DNA of 64,000 nucleotides from a bacterium (lineage in GTDB: Bacteria > Planctomycetota > JADGBV01): contig JAHFOS010000002.1 in NCBI GenBank assembly GCA_023261545.1, forward strand, positions 62,590 through 126,589, read 5' to 3'. A model generated the notes under the pieces. The model had not been told where the DNA came from. It did no database searches and saw only the letters and a program-made list of their open reading frames with translations. The first letter of the stretch is position 1. Every line of letters begins with the position of its first letter. Position numbers and translations under genes: made by a program. Shown in pieces: positions 9,547 through 17,501 of this stretch.

Positions 9547-10011
9547 TCAGCCCGGATCGCAGGCGAAGAAGGCGAGCAGGCGCGAGGATTCGAGAGCCGC
9601 TGATTGCAGCGGTAACTGCTTCAGGGCGCTCGCCAGACATACCAGCAGCAGCACGCCGCGCAGCAGCGAGAAACTCCCGGCCAACAGGATTGGCAGCGGC
9701 AACGTAGGCCCCCGGCCCTTGGCGCGCCAAGGCACGATGAGCAACAGTCCCACCGTGGCCAGCACCCCCGCCGTGAGGGCAAAGGCGGTCGTGCGACCGA
9801 GTTGCGCCGGCAGCCCTGACAACCCTTCACGCACGGCCAGGGCCGGAGCGAGCAGCGCGGCCAACGGGAAAACGCCGAGCCAGAGCAGCCAAAGGGAGAA
9901 TTCCAGGCGATCCCCCGCCCAGCAGCCCTTGAGGAAGAATAAAATCAGAACAAGGATCAGCAGGGTGTCAGCCACCGCGGGCTCAGCTCGCGCGCTGCTT
10001 CTTCTCCACAT
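9547..10011 (-). CDS. Hypothetical integral membrane protein (about 4 TM helices)
   Basis: Hydrophobic segments LLILVLILFFL, LWLLWLGVFPLAALLAPALA, FALTAGVLATVGLLLIVPW, LLAGSFSLLRGVLLLVCLA. Overlaps the upstream small gene by 29 nt. Last gene of the minus-strand operon. Confidence 0.35.
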   Translation of the reverse strand: MWRRSSARAEPAVADTLLILVLILFFLKGCWAGDRLEFSLWLLWLGVFPLAALLAPALAVREGLSGLPAQLGRTTAFALTAGVLATVGLLLIVPWRAKGRGPTLPLPILLAGSFSLLRGVLLLVCLASALKQLPLQSAALESSRLLAFFACDPG

Positions 10012-10348
10012 AGCGCACGAGCCAGTCCTTAAACTGGGTATCGCTCACGTTCTCGTTCAGGCTCTGCTCCAGGGCTTCCTGGCGCTCCGCCGGAGTGAGG
10101 TTGTTGTCCACCAGCATGGCGGCGCGGTTCATGCCCACGACACCGCGTTCGAGGTAATCAAAGGTCGGCCACTCCACGCCCTGGATAACCCTCCAGCGTT
10201 TTTTGACGTTGGCCAGGGGCTGGCTCGTGGCCCTGGCGATGGTCTCAAGGACCAGCGTCTCACTTTGGTGCGGGTTCATGCCTTTGATGTTGTCGTAGTG
10301 ATCGGCGATCTCCTCAAGGGCTTCCAGGGGATTTTTCTTGCTGGCCAT
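9983..10348 (-). CDS. Hypothetical small protein (121 aa)
   Basis: Complete ORF with plausible composition, immediately downstream of the 668-aa gene on the same strand. No recognisable motif. Confidence 0.4.
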   Translation of the reverse strand: MASKKNPLEALEEIADHYDNIKGMNPHQSETLVLETIARATSQPLANVKKRWRVIQGVEWPTFDYLERGVVGMNRAAMLVDNNLTPAERQEALEQSLNENVSDTQFKDWLVRYVEKKQRAS

Positions 10349-10620
10349 GCGAGCAGTCTAAGGGACAGCCGCCCTGGGCAACCGCCAGGGGCGAGGGGGA
10401 CGGAGGGCTGCTATAGATTCAAGGTTGCGCTGCAAACTGCCGGCTGGCGATTCGGCTACGTTTCTGATGGCCGGCCGCTGGACAAGGTGGAGTACAGAGA
10501 GTTTCTGGACCACAGGATTCGCGATGTCCGACGCGCACTCGCTATCGAGCGCGATCTGATCCTGGCGTATGACCGCATAGAAAAGCGCCGTTATCCGGAT
10601 TCGCAGGCCAGCCGTTCATT

Positions 10621-12627
10621 TCACAACGAGTTGCAGATCTTGACGATGCGCAGGAAGTGCAGGCGGTTCCAGGACTGGTTTTTGATGCGCGGGCGGTTCA
10701 ACAGGTCCGTGATGAGAGCGCGATCCTGAAGGCCGTCCAGGATGGAGCAGTTCTTCCCCAGCGCCACCAGTTCCTCCTTGATCATCAGCTCGAACCTGGC
10801 CAGATCCGACTGCGCCTTGCGCACCTCGCGGTAGATTTGCGTGAAGTCATCCAGCAGCCTCTCCAGCTCGGCGCCGACGGAGGTGTTCAGGACGAGCGGC
10901 TGGTTCCTGAGCATCCCCGAGACGCGGTTCAGATCCCCGCCGATTTTTGATTTGTCGAGACGCAGGTACTCCTGGTACTCCGCGTCGCCCTGCCGCGAAA
11001 TTTCATTGTCCCTTTGCAGCAGTTTGCAGGAGACGAAACAGACGTAGCGGAGCAATTCCAACAGCTCCTGCGGCAGGAATTGCACGCCCGACTCTCCGGA
11101 CGGAAGCTGGTGGGACTCACGGATGGAAGATCGCAGCCTGTCCAACTTCAACAGGACGAGCTCGGCCACATGGCAGGACTTGATGTACACCAGCCATTTC
11201 TTCAGGGTCCCCAGAGGCGTGCCGGACGCGATGGCTCCGGGCTGGCTGATGAGGGATTGTTCGATGTTCGAAAGGGTCCTGTCGTAGAGAGTTTGCAGGG
11301 AAAAGGGGTTGATTTTCCGGTTCCTGCCAATCTGGGCCAGCAGCTCCACGAGTTCCCCGAGGCTCTTGCCCTTGATGCTGACGAGCCCTTCGATATTCAG
11401 GTCCGCGTCCATAGTCAGCGTTTTTTCCTGCCCCAGGTCGTAGCTCACGTTTTGCAGGAGGTTGGCGAAGACGGGAAAAATATCGAGCTGTTGGCGGGTG
11501 CGGCGCTCTTTGGAGCATTGCTCGAAGGATTGGGGAATGGTCCTGGCGAACAGGAGCGTGGTCAGAACCCCCGAGAAATCCTTTTTGATGTCGCCATCGC
11601 CCTTGAGGTAGGGCAGTTCCATCAATTGGTTCAACTGGCCGAGCTGCTCGTCCAGCGTGTCCTGGAGTTTTTGCAGGTTGTTGCGCAGGGCGGGCATGGA
11701 GTCCGCGGGAACGTTCTCCGCGTATTTGGCCCTGATCTTGCAGACCAGCAAACGACTCAGGGGAGGCTCAAGGTTCGTCAGCTCGCGGCGGATCAGCTCG
11801 CGCGAAGATCGGACATAGGCCCGCGCGTTCTCCTTCTGGTCGCGCATGTCGGATCGCGCGGAAACCATGGAGGAATCGTTCATGAGGTCCGCCAAGCGCT
11901 TTAAAATATCGTTCTGTCGCAGATCCCAGGTCTGGACCAGCTCGCTTTCCGCCGCTTTGTGGCTGCGGATGGCGCTGATCTCCGCATGCCGCTCCCCGAG
12001 CGCCGCATGGGTTTCATTGATGAGATAGATATCCTCCAGGCGGCGGTGGATCAGCAGGAAAATCTGGATGGCGAAGCGCGCCTCGCCCTTGCCGGCGAAG
12101 ATGTTCTGCAGGGCCTCCTGATCGGCCGCCGCGGTCAGCACCAGCCCCTTGTCGGAGAGCCGCAGACCGGAAATCCTGCCTTCGATGTCATTGGCGCAGG
12201 CGGCTTTCGCCGATTCCAGGTCCGCCATCCCCGAGGTGTCAATAAAGTGTTGCAGCGTCTTGAAGAACTCCTCCTGGTCGGGTTTCGAGAAGTTCTTGCG
12301 TTCCACGATCTGTTTGATGAGCCGCTCGGGGAAGGAATACCCGGCCATGTGCTCGAAATACGCGCGCAGCCGGCTCAGGTTGTAGAGCTTGGGGTTGCTG
12401 CTCTGAAAGGGCATCAGCCTGGAGAAGGGGAATATCTCCTCCAGCTCAACGCCCGTTGATTTCTCAATGCCGCCGCTCACCCTGCCTGTTTTAACCCGCC
12501 AGCTCGCCGCGCCAGCCAGATCGACCACGCCGAGCCACGCGCGGGGGCACTCTGGGAGCAGGAAACGCTGCCCGAGAGTGGCGCCTGTGCTACGGCTGGC
12601 TCTCTGGGAGGTGCGGGCCCAGCGCAA
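10621..12627 (-). CDS. Large hypothetical alpha-helical protein (up to 668 aa). The start is uncertain: the TTG at 12627 may be an over-extension, and ATG at 12414 is an alternative
   Basis: Long uninterrupted ORF with coding-like composition and no P-loop or other known motif. First gene of a three-gene minus-strand operon. Confidence 0.55.
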   Translation of the reverse strand: MRWARTSQRASRSTGATLGQRFLLPECPRAWLGVVDLAGAASWRVKTGRVSGGIEKSTGVELEEIFPFSRLMPFQSSNPKLYNLSRLRAYFEHMAGYSFPERLIKQIVERKNFSKPDQEEFFKTLQHFIDTSGMADLESAKAACANDIEGRISGLRLSDKGLVLTAAADQEALQNIFAGKGEARFAIQIFLLIHRRLEDIYLINETHAALGERHAEISAIRSHKAAESELVQTWDLRQNDILKRLADLMNDSSMVSARSDMRDQKENARAYVRSSRELIRRELTNLEPPLSRLLVCKIRAKYAENVPADSMPALRNNLQKLQDTLDEQLGQLNQLMELPYLKGDGDIKKDFSGVLTTLLFARTIPQSFEQCSKERRTRQQLDIFPVFANLLQNVSYDLGQEKTLTMDADLNIEGLVSIKGKSLGELVELLAQIGRNRKINPFSLQTLYDRTLSNIEQSLISQPGAIASGTPLGTLKKWLVYIKSCHVAELVLLKLDRLRSSIRESHQLPSGESGVQFLPQELLELLRYVCFVSCKLLQRDNEISRQGDAEYQEYLRLDKSKIGGDLNRVSGMLRNQPLVLNTSVGAELERLLDDFTQIYREVRKAQSDLARFELMIKEELVALGKNCSILDGLQDRALITDLLNRPRIKNQSWNRLHFLRIVKICNSL

Positions 12628-12635
12628 AAAAAACT

Positions 12636-12664
12636 TGACTCGGTGGCCCCCTTCGCATATAATG
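12636..12664 (+). promoter_or_regulatory. Near-perfect sigma70-type promoter: TTGACT, 17-bp spacer, TATAAT
   Basis: Sequence aaaaaaaacTTGACTcggtggcccccttcgcaTATAATgctaaatcgg. It is followed by an AAGGGA Shine-Dalgarno about 7 nt before the ATG at 12691. Confidence 0.45.
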
Positions 12665-12690
12665 CTAAATCGGTTTAATTAAGGGATATT

Positions 12691-12918
12691 ATGGAAAGCA
12701 AGCGAAACCCAGGCGCCGCCGCGGGAGATCGGCGCTTCGAGCCCCCCGGCCCCATCGCCGGCGCGGGTCGGGCCGGGGAAGCGGCCAAGAGTCCGGCCCT
12801 GGATCGCTGGCGCACGTCGCTGTTTCTAGGTGACGCGCGTCCCCCCTGGATCTCCGAGTCCCGCCGCGGCCCCCAGGCCCTGAAGCGCCTGCTCCAGCGG
12901 CGCGGGATGGTGGATTAG
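12691..12918 (+). CDS. Possible small leader ORF (75 aa, G/A/P/R-rich). Could instead be 5' UTR of the downstream gene
   Basis: Good SD and consensus promoter upstream, but the product is low-complexity. Confidence 0.25.
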   Translation: MESKRNPGAAAGDRRFEPPGPIAGAGRAGEAAKSPALDRWRTSLFLGDARPPWISESRRGPQALKRLLQRRGMVD

Positions 12919-15515
12919 TGAAACGCGCTGGCCTGCTGCTGGCGCTGCTGGTCCGGGGTGCCCTAGAGCTCAGCGCCGCCTCCACCCCTGTTCTGCCCCC
13001 CGAGGAGACGCCCGCCATCCCGCCTTCCGCGGGAGTGGCCCTTGCGGCGACCTCCTTGGTTGTGAGTTCTGGAAACCTCGAGCTGCATTTGGCCAGAAAC
13101 GCCGGAGGTGTTCAAGTGACGAGCCTCCGGGATACGGCCACGGGCACCGAGTTGCAGGCGGGTTCGCTGCGTCTTCCCCTTTTCACCCTGGTCTTGGGGA
13201 ACAACTCCCAGCTCAACGCCGATAGCGGCTGGGGCAAGGTGGAGCTGGCCGCCATTCCAGGCGGAACCTCCTTGCGCTGGAGCGGGGCGGGCGCGGTGCC
13301 GGGCTTGGCAGTGGTGGCCAATCTGCTGCCGGATTCCGGAAACAGCGCCTTGGAGTGGGCGCTGAGCGTGGAGAACACTTCCTTGCTGCCCGTGAGCCGC
13401 GCCATCTTTCCGCAGTTCGCCGTCGCCGATCTCGGAAGCAGTGGCCGCGTTTTCCTGCCGCGCGGGCCGGGGGAAGAGGTGCTTGGCGCCTGGAGCAGCG
13501 CCTTCACCTACAGCGAACTCTATCCCAATGGCTGGAGCGCCAGCCTGCAAGTCCTTGCCGCCTATAACGGCGCCACCGGCCTGTATTTCGCCATGCACGA
13601 TGCGAGTGGCGCAACCAAGCACATTGGCGCCTACGGCTTGCCCGCCTTCAAGGCCGTGAAGTTCGTCTTCGAGCATTTGCCTCCCGGCAGCGCCTCTTCC
13701 GGCAGCTCTTTCACCCTCCAGGGCCGCGGCGTGTGGCGCCTGCTGCGGGGCGATTGGTTCGATGCCGCCCTGGTCCACCGCGAGTGGGCGAGCTTGCAGC
13801 CCGCCATGCTGCCCCCCGATAGAGCGGCGGGAAGCAGCGCGACGCCGCTGTGGATGCGCGAGCTTGGCGTCTGGACCCAGGCCGCCGGCACCGACGCGGC
13901 CACCATCGCCTCCGTCCAGGCCTTTGCCAGATACATGGGCGTGCCCACGGGCTTCCACTGGTACACCTGGCACGCTATTCCTTTCGATAACGATTATCCC
14001 CACTATTTCCCGCCACGCGCCGGCTTCGCCGCGGGGGTGAAAGCCCTCCAGGCCACGGAGCCCAGGATCCGCGTCATGCCCTACATCAACGGCCGGCTGT
14101 GGGATACCCGGGACCAGGGCACTTCTGACTTCGAGTACACGGCGCTGGCGAAACCCGCGACCACCAAGGACGCCGCCCTCGCGCCCAACACCGAGAGCTA
14201 CGGCAGCCTGGAGGCGGATGGCTCTCCGGTGAAACTAGCCGTCATGTGTCCGGCCACCTCCCTGTGGCAAAGCCGGCTGCGCACCATCACCCTGGAGCTT
14301 TTCAAATCCTACGGGGTGGACGGCGTGTATCTGGACCAGATCGCCGCCGCCGCTCCTAAGCTCTGCTACGACGGCGGCCACCCGCACCCCCCGGGCGGAG
14401 GGCGCTGGTGGGTGGACGGTTATCGCAATTTGTTGGCCGGAATCCGCAATGAGATGCCGGCGGATCGCATGCTCACCAGCGAGTCGGCGGTGGATACCTT
14501 CAACGCGGGCTTCGATGGCTACCTGGTGTGGAACTGGCAGCGCAACAATATGGTGCCCGCCTTCAGGGCGATCTATGGCGGAGCCGTCCAGCTTTTCGGA
14601 CGAAACTATAGCGGTGGCCTGCCCCGCGACCTGTCGGTGTGCCAGCGCGCCGGGCAACAGCTCGTCTTCGGCGAGCAACTGGGATGGGCTTTTCCTGGGA
14701 TCATCTACGAAAATTCCGCTCCCTTCCTGCGCGACTGTGCCCGGCTCCGCAACCGCCTGGCGCCCTACTTTTACGCCGGGCGCATGGAACGCCCGCCGCG
14801 TTTCACCGGCGCCAATCCGCCGTGCACCTCCGACTGGCAATGGCAGGGCGCGGCGACGCCGGTGACCACGCCCTCGCTGCTCACGGGCGCTTTCACGCGG
14901 CCTGAAGTCCAAAGCACGATCCTCGTTTTCGCCAATATCTCCGAGACCACCCAGTCGGGCAGCGTGAGCTTTGACGGCGCAACTTATGACCTCAGCGGCA
15001 ACGCGGTTCACCTGCGGGTGGTGCGACCGCAGGCCACGGACACTGCCGTGGCGCAATCGCTCGCTTTCCAGAAAGCTCTGGTATTGCCAGCGCGTTCCGT
15101 CCAAGCCTGGGAAATCGTCGTGGCCCCGGTCGAAGCCGGCGCGGGTGGCGGAACTATTCCCGTTCCAGCCGATGCCGTGCCTTCGGGAAACACCTCCAAT
15201 GGCGCCGGGGTACCCGCGCCCACCCCGGATGTCGGCGCGGCGCCGGCCAACCAAGCGCCCGTGGTGAATGCTGGACTTGATCTGACGGTGACGTTGCCGA
15301 GTGGCGCAAGCCTGAACGGTTCCGCCACGAATGACGGCCTGCCCGCGGGAAACGCGCTGCTTTACAACTGGAACAAGGTTTCAGGCTCCGGGACCGTGAC
15401 CTTTGCCGCTGCGACGGCCTCAGCAACCACGGCGACTTTTCGACTTCAGGAACCTACGTTCTGCGCCTCACGGCCCACGACGGCCTGCTTTCCGGCAGCG
15501 ACGACACGCTGGTGA
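12918..15515 (+). CDS. Secreted glycoside-hydrolase-like protein (DUF6259-like TIM-barrel region) with a C-terminal PKD/K319L-like Ig domain. The reading frame is broken at a T-run at 15437-15440
   Basis: GTG start with signal peptide MKRAGLLLALLVRGALELSAAS. Region FHWYTWHAIPFDNDYPHYFP...VDGVYLDQIAAAAP. C-terminal VVNAGLDLTVTLPSGASLNGSATNDGLP...YNWNKVSGSGTVTFAAATASATTATF is a typical PKD-like repeat that stops abruptly. Confidence 0.65.
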   Translation: MKRAGLLLALLVRGALELSAASTPVLPPEETPAIPPSAGVALAATSLVVSSGNLELHLARNAGGVQVTSLRDTATGTELQAGSLRLPLFTLVLGNNSQLNADSGWGKVELAAIPGGTSLRWSGAGAVPGLAVVANLLPDSGNSALEWALSVENTSLLPVSRAIFPQFAVADLGSSGRVFLPRGPGEEVLGAWSSAFTYSELYPNGWSASLQVLAAYNGATGLYFAMHDASGATKHIGAYGLPAFKAVKFVFEHLPPGSASSGSSFTLQGRGVWRLLRGDWFDAALVHREWASLQPAMLPPDRAAGSSATPLWMRELGVWTQAAGTDAATIASVQAFARYMGVPTGFHWYTWHAIPFDNDYPHYFPPRAGFAAGVKALQATEPRIRVMPYINGRLWDTRDQGTSDFEYTALAKPATTKDAALAPNTESYGSLEADGSPVKLAVMCPATSLWQSRLRTITLELFKSYGVDGVYLDQIAAAAPKLCYDGGHPHPPGGGRWWVDGYRNLLAGIRNEMPADRMLTSESAVDTFNAGFDGYLVWNWQRNNMVPAFRAIYGGAVQLFGRNYSGGLPRDLSVCQRAGQQLVFGEQLGWAFPGIIYENSAPFLRDCARLRNRLAPYFYAGRMERPPRFTGANPPCTSDWQWQGAATPVTTPSLLTGAFTRPEVQSTILVFANISETTQSGSVSFDGATYDLSGNAVHLRVVRPQATDTAVAQSLAFQKALVLPARSVQAWEIVVAPVEAGAGGGTIPVPADAVPSGNTSNGAGVPAPTPDVGAAPANQAPVVNAGLDLTVTLPSGASLNGSATNDGLPAGNALLYNWNKVSGSGTVTFAAATASATTATFRLQEPTFCASRPTTACFPAATTRW

Positions 15516-16120
15516 CGGTGAACCCGGACCCCGACGGTGATCGCGACGGCCTGCCGGATATTTGGGAGCAGGCGCATGGCTTGAACCCCCTGACCGCGGA
15601 GGACGCGACCCAAGACGCTGACAACGACGGCCTGAGCAATCTGGCGGAATACCAGCGCGGGACGGCCATGGACAAGGCTGATACGGATGGCGACGGCCTG
15701 CCGGACGGTTGGGAAGTGGCCCGCGGTTTGAACCCCAGCGCGGCCAGCGATGCGGCCCAGGACGCGGACGCCGACGGCCTCACCAATCTCCAGGAGTACA
15801 CGCTGCACGCGGATCCCCACAACCGCGATTCGGACAGCGACGGTTTGCCGGATGGTTTCGAGGTGGCGCACGGGCTGAGTCCGACGCAGAGCAACGCCAG
15901 CGCGGACACGGACAACGACGGCGTGAGCGACGTGCAGGAGTACCTTCTGGGTCGCGACCCCGCCACCGCTGAGCCGCCGGAAAGCTCCGTGTCCAGTGGG
16001 CCCACCACAACCACCGGGACTTCACCCCTCGTAGCGAGCACGCCGGCGGAGGTCCTGGCAACGGCGGCGAAGATCCAAGCCCCCAGCAGCGCTGGCGGCG
16101 GATGTCTTTTCAGCTTTTAG
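15512..16120 (+). CDS. Frameshifted C-terminal continuation of the 12918 gene: end of the PKD-like domain followed by thrombospondin type-3-like calcium-binding repeats
   Basis: Frame +2 from 15441 reads STSGTYVLRLTAHDGLLSGSDDTLVTVNPDPDGDRDGLPD, the canonical end of a PKD-like domain. Repeated DxDxDGLxDxxE motifs follow (DADNDGLSNLAEY, DTDGDGLPDGWE, DADADGLTNLQEY, DSDSDGLPDGFE, DTDNDGVSDVQEY). Confidence 0.55.
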   Translation: MTVNPDPDGDRDGLPDIWEQAHGLNPLTAEDATQDADNDGLSNLAEYQRGTAMDKADTDGDGLPDGWEVARGLNPSAASDAAQDADADGLTNLQEYTLHADPHNRDSDSDGLPDGFEVAHGLSPTQSNASADTDNDGVSDVQEYLLGRDPATAEPPESSVSSGPTTTTGTSPLVASTPAEVLATAAKIQAPSSAGGGCLFSF

Positions 16121-16144
16121 CGGGAGGCCCGGCCAGCAACGGCG

Positions 16145-16723
16145 TCACCCCTCCTCCTGGGACTGCCCCTTGAACTGGCTCTCCTTGGAGGCGAAAAGCA
16201 GGTTGAAAGAAGTCAGGCTGCCGTAGCAGCGCGAGATGTAGCCGTCGAGTTCCAGCTTCTCCTCGGGGGAAAGGGAGGGGTGGTTGTTGATCTTCTGCTC
16301 CAGGACGCGCAACTTCTCGCGGACGGTGATGAGTTTTTTGAAGAAAACCTCAAGGGGCAGTTCGCGGGGTTGGGTCTCCTCGCGTCCGGGAACCAGCTTC
16401 AAGCTGCCGCCGACCCAGCGCTTGCCCATCTCCAATTCGCTTTCGATAAACCCCCAATCATCCATGGATTCACGCACCGCCTGGCGGATGCGGTCGAGCT
16501 CGGGATCTCCGGCAGCATGGAGCGGCTTCATGGCCTCGAAGCTGAAGGCCACCACCGTGGCCTCGCCGCCTTTGAAGAGCACGCGATAACCCTCGCTGGT
16601 GTAGCCCACGATACGCCCCGTGCCCTTGAAGGGATGCTGGACCAGGATGCCCAGTCCCAGCTTTGGCCGCTGCGGTGTTGCTTCGCTCATGAGGTCAGTC
16701 TGACTTGTGGAGAAAAGGATCAA
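16145..16723 (-). CDS. Hypothetical protein (192 aa) with a small N-terminal beta-barrel-like motif (DUF3553/CarD-like G..V.H..FG.G.V pattern)
   Basis: LGILVQHPFKGTGRIVGYTSEGYRVLFKGGEATVVAF; complete ORF with coding-like composition. Confidence 0.5.
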   Translation of the reverse strand: MILFSTSQTDLMSEATPQRPKLGLGILVQHPFKGTGRIVGYTSEGYRVLFKGGEATVVAFSFEAMKPLHAAGDPELDRIRQAVRESMDDWGFIESELEMGKRWVGGSLKLVPGREETQPRELPLEVFFKKLITVREKLRVLEQKINNHPSLSPEEKLELDGYISRCYGSLTSFNLLFASKESQFKGQSQEEG

Positions 16724-16781
16724 TGGAGACAGACTTGAAGGGGAGTTGCGTGGGGTTTACAGGCGCGGTCAGGTTATTTAA

Positions 16782-17036
16782 GGCTCATCCGACTAATGCG
16801 TACTTTTCTGGAGTTTTTAACACGGGTGCACGGTCGAGCAAGGCTAGAACCAAAGCGAGCTGCCGGGGGATTTTCCACAGATTGCACAGATTAACACTGA
16901 TAATAATCAATCCGGGCCATCCTTTCTAATCGGTGCAAATCTGTGTAATCTGTGGATGCTCCCGAGTTGAGAACGCAGAGAGCCGAGAACAAATGAGGGG
17001 GAACCCTGCCAGAGGTACGCATTAGTCGGAGGCGCC
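16782..17036. mobile_element. MITE-like non-autonomous element, copy 1 (~255 bp). It has ~22-bp terminal inverted repeats and an 8-bp target-site duplication TTATTTAA
   Basis: Left end GGCTCATCCGACTAATGCGTAC, right end GTACGCATTAGTCGGAGGCGCC. Flanking direct repeats TTATTTAA at 16774-16781 and 17037-17044. Internal inverted pair CCACAGATTGCACAGATTAACAC / GTGCAAATCTGTGTAATCTGTGG. A second copy lies at 62931-63181. Confidence 0.6.
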
Positions 17037-17087
17037 TTATTTAAAGCGCCAACTGTGCAGGCAAGGTAAGACATGGCATGCACATGG

Positions 17088-17501
17088 CTAAATTTTTCCA
17101 ACATTGGCTTTTCCCACAAAACTCTCCAGCGTCATAATCTCTACCTCCGGCGCGTATTCGATATGATTCCGGAGTCCTCCGCTCGTGTAGAATTCCCGAA
17201 GACGCCACCCCTCGCCGCCCAACACCAAATAGGCCTTCTCGAACTCGCCGCTTCGCACCGCCTCCAAAAGGCAGATGATTTCGAATGGCACCTTCTGTTC
17301 CGCTGTTCCCCCTACCTGCTGCCATTTGAGAGACAGCAGCATTTTTCGGCTGTTCTTTGCGATTACGGCGTCCACCTTATGCAGACCACCACCCGGCCTT
17401 CTGCCGATATTGACCTGCTTTTCCCACACATATCCGCCGTGATTCAGGGCGGGCAGCACCATCGCTTCGAGAATCCCTCCGGTGCTGGTGTTTCGCCCCA
17501 T
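17088..17501 (-). CDS. Putative small restriction-endonuclease-like protein (PD-(D/E)xK-like fold) coupled to the Dam-family methyltransferase
   Basis: Translationally coupled (1-nt overlap) directly downstream of the methyltransferase. Motif pattern: helix with Glu (GGILEAMV), then HKVDAVIAK, then LLSLKWQ (S-x-K in place of E-x-K). Locally lower GC. Confidence 0.45.
   Translation of the reverse strand: MGRNTSTGGILEAMVLPALNHGGYVWEKQVNIGRRPGGGLHKVDAVIAKNSRKMLLSLKWQQVGGTAEQKVPFEIICLLEAVRSGEFEKAYLVLGGEGWRLREFYTSGGLRNHIEYAPEVEIMTLESFVGKANVGKI

Noticed and set aside
9443-10729. 428-aa plus-strand ORF
   Set aside because: It overlaps three well-formed minus-strand genes. Its product is Arg/Ala/Ser-rich low complexity typical of antisense translation in high-GC DNA
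15446-16041. Minus-strand ORFs of 141 and 195 aa
   Set aside because: Antisense to the thrombospondin type-3 repeat region. The real coding strand is plus, with clear DxDxDG motifs
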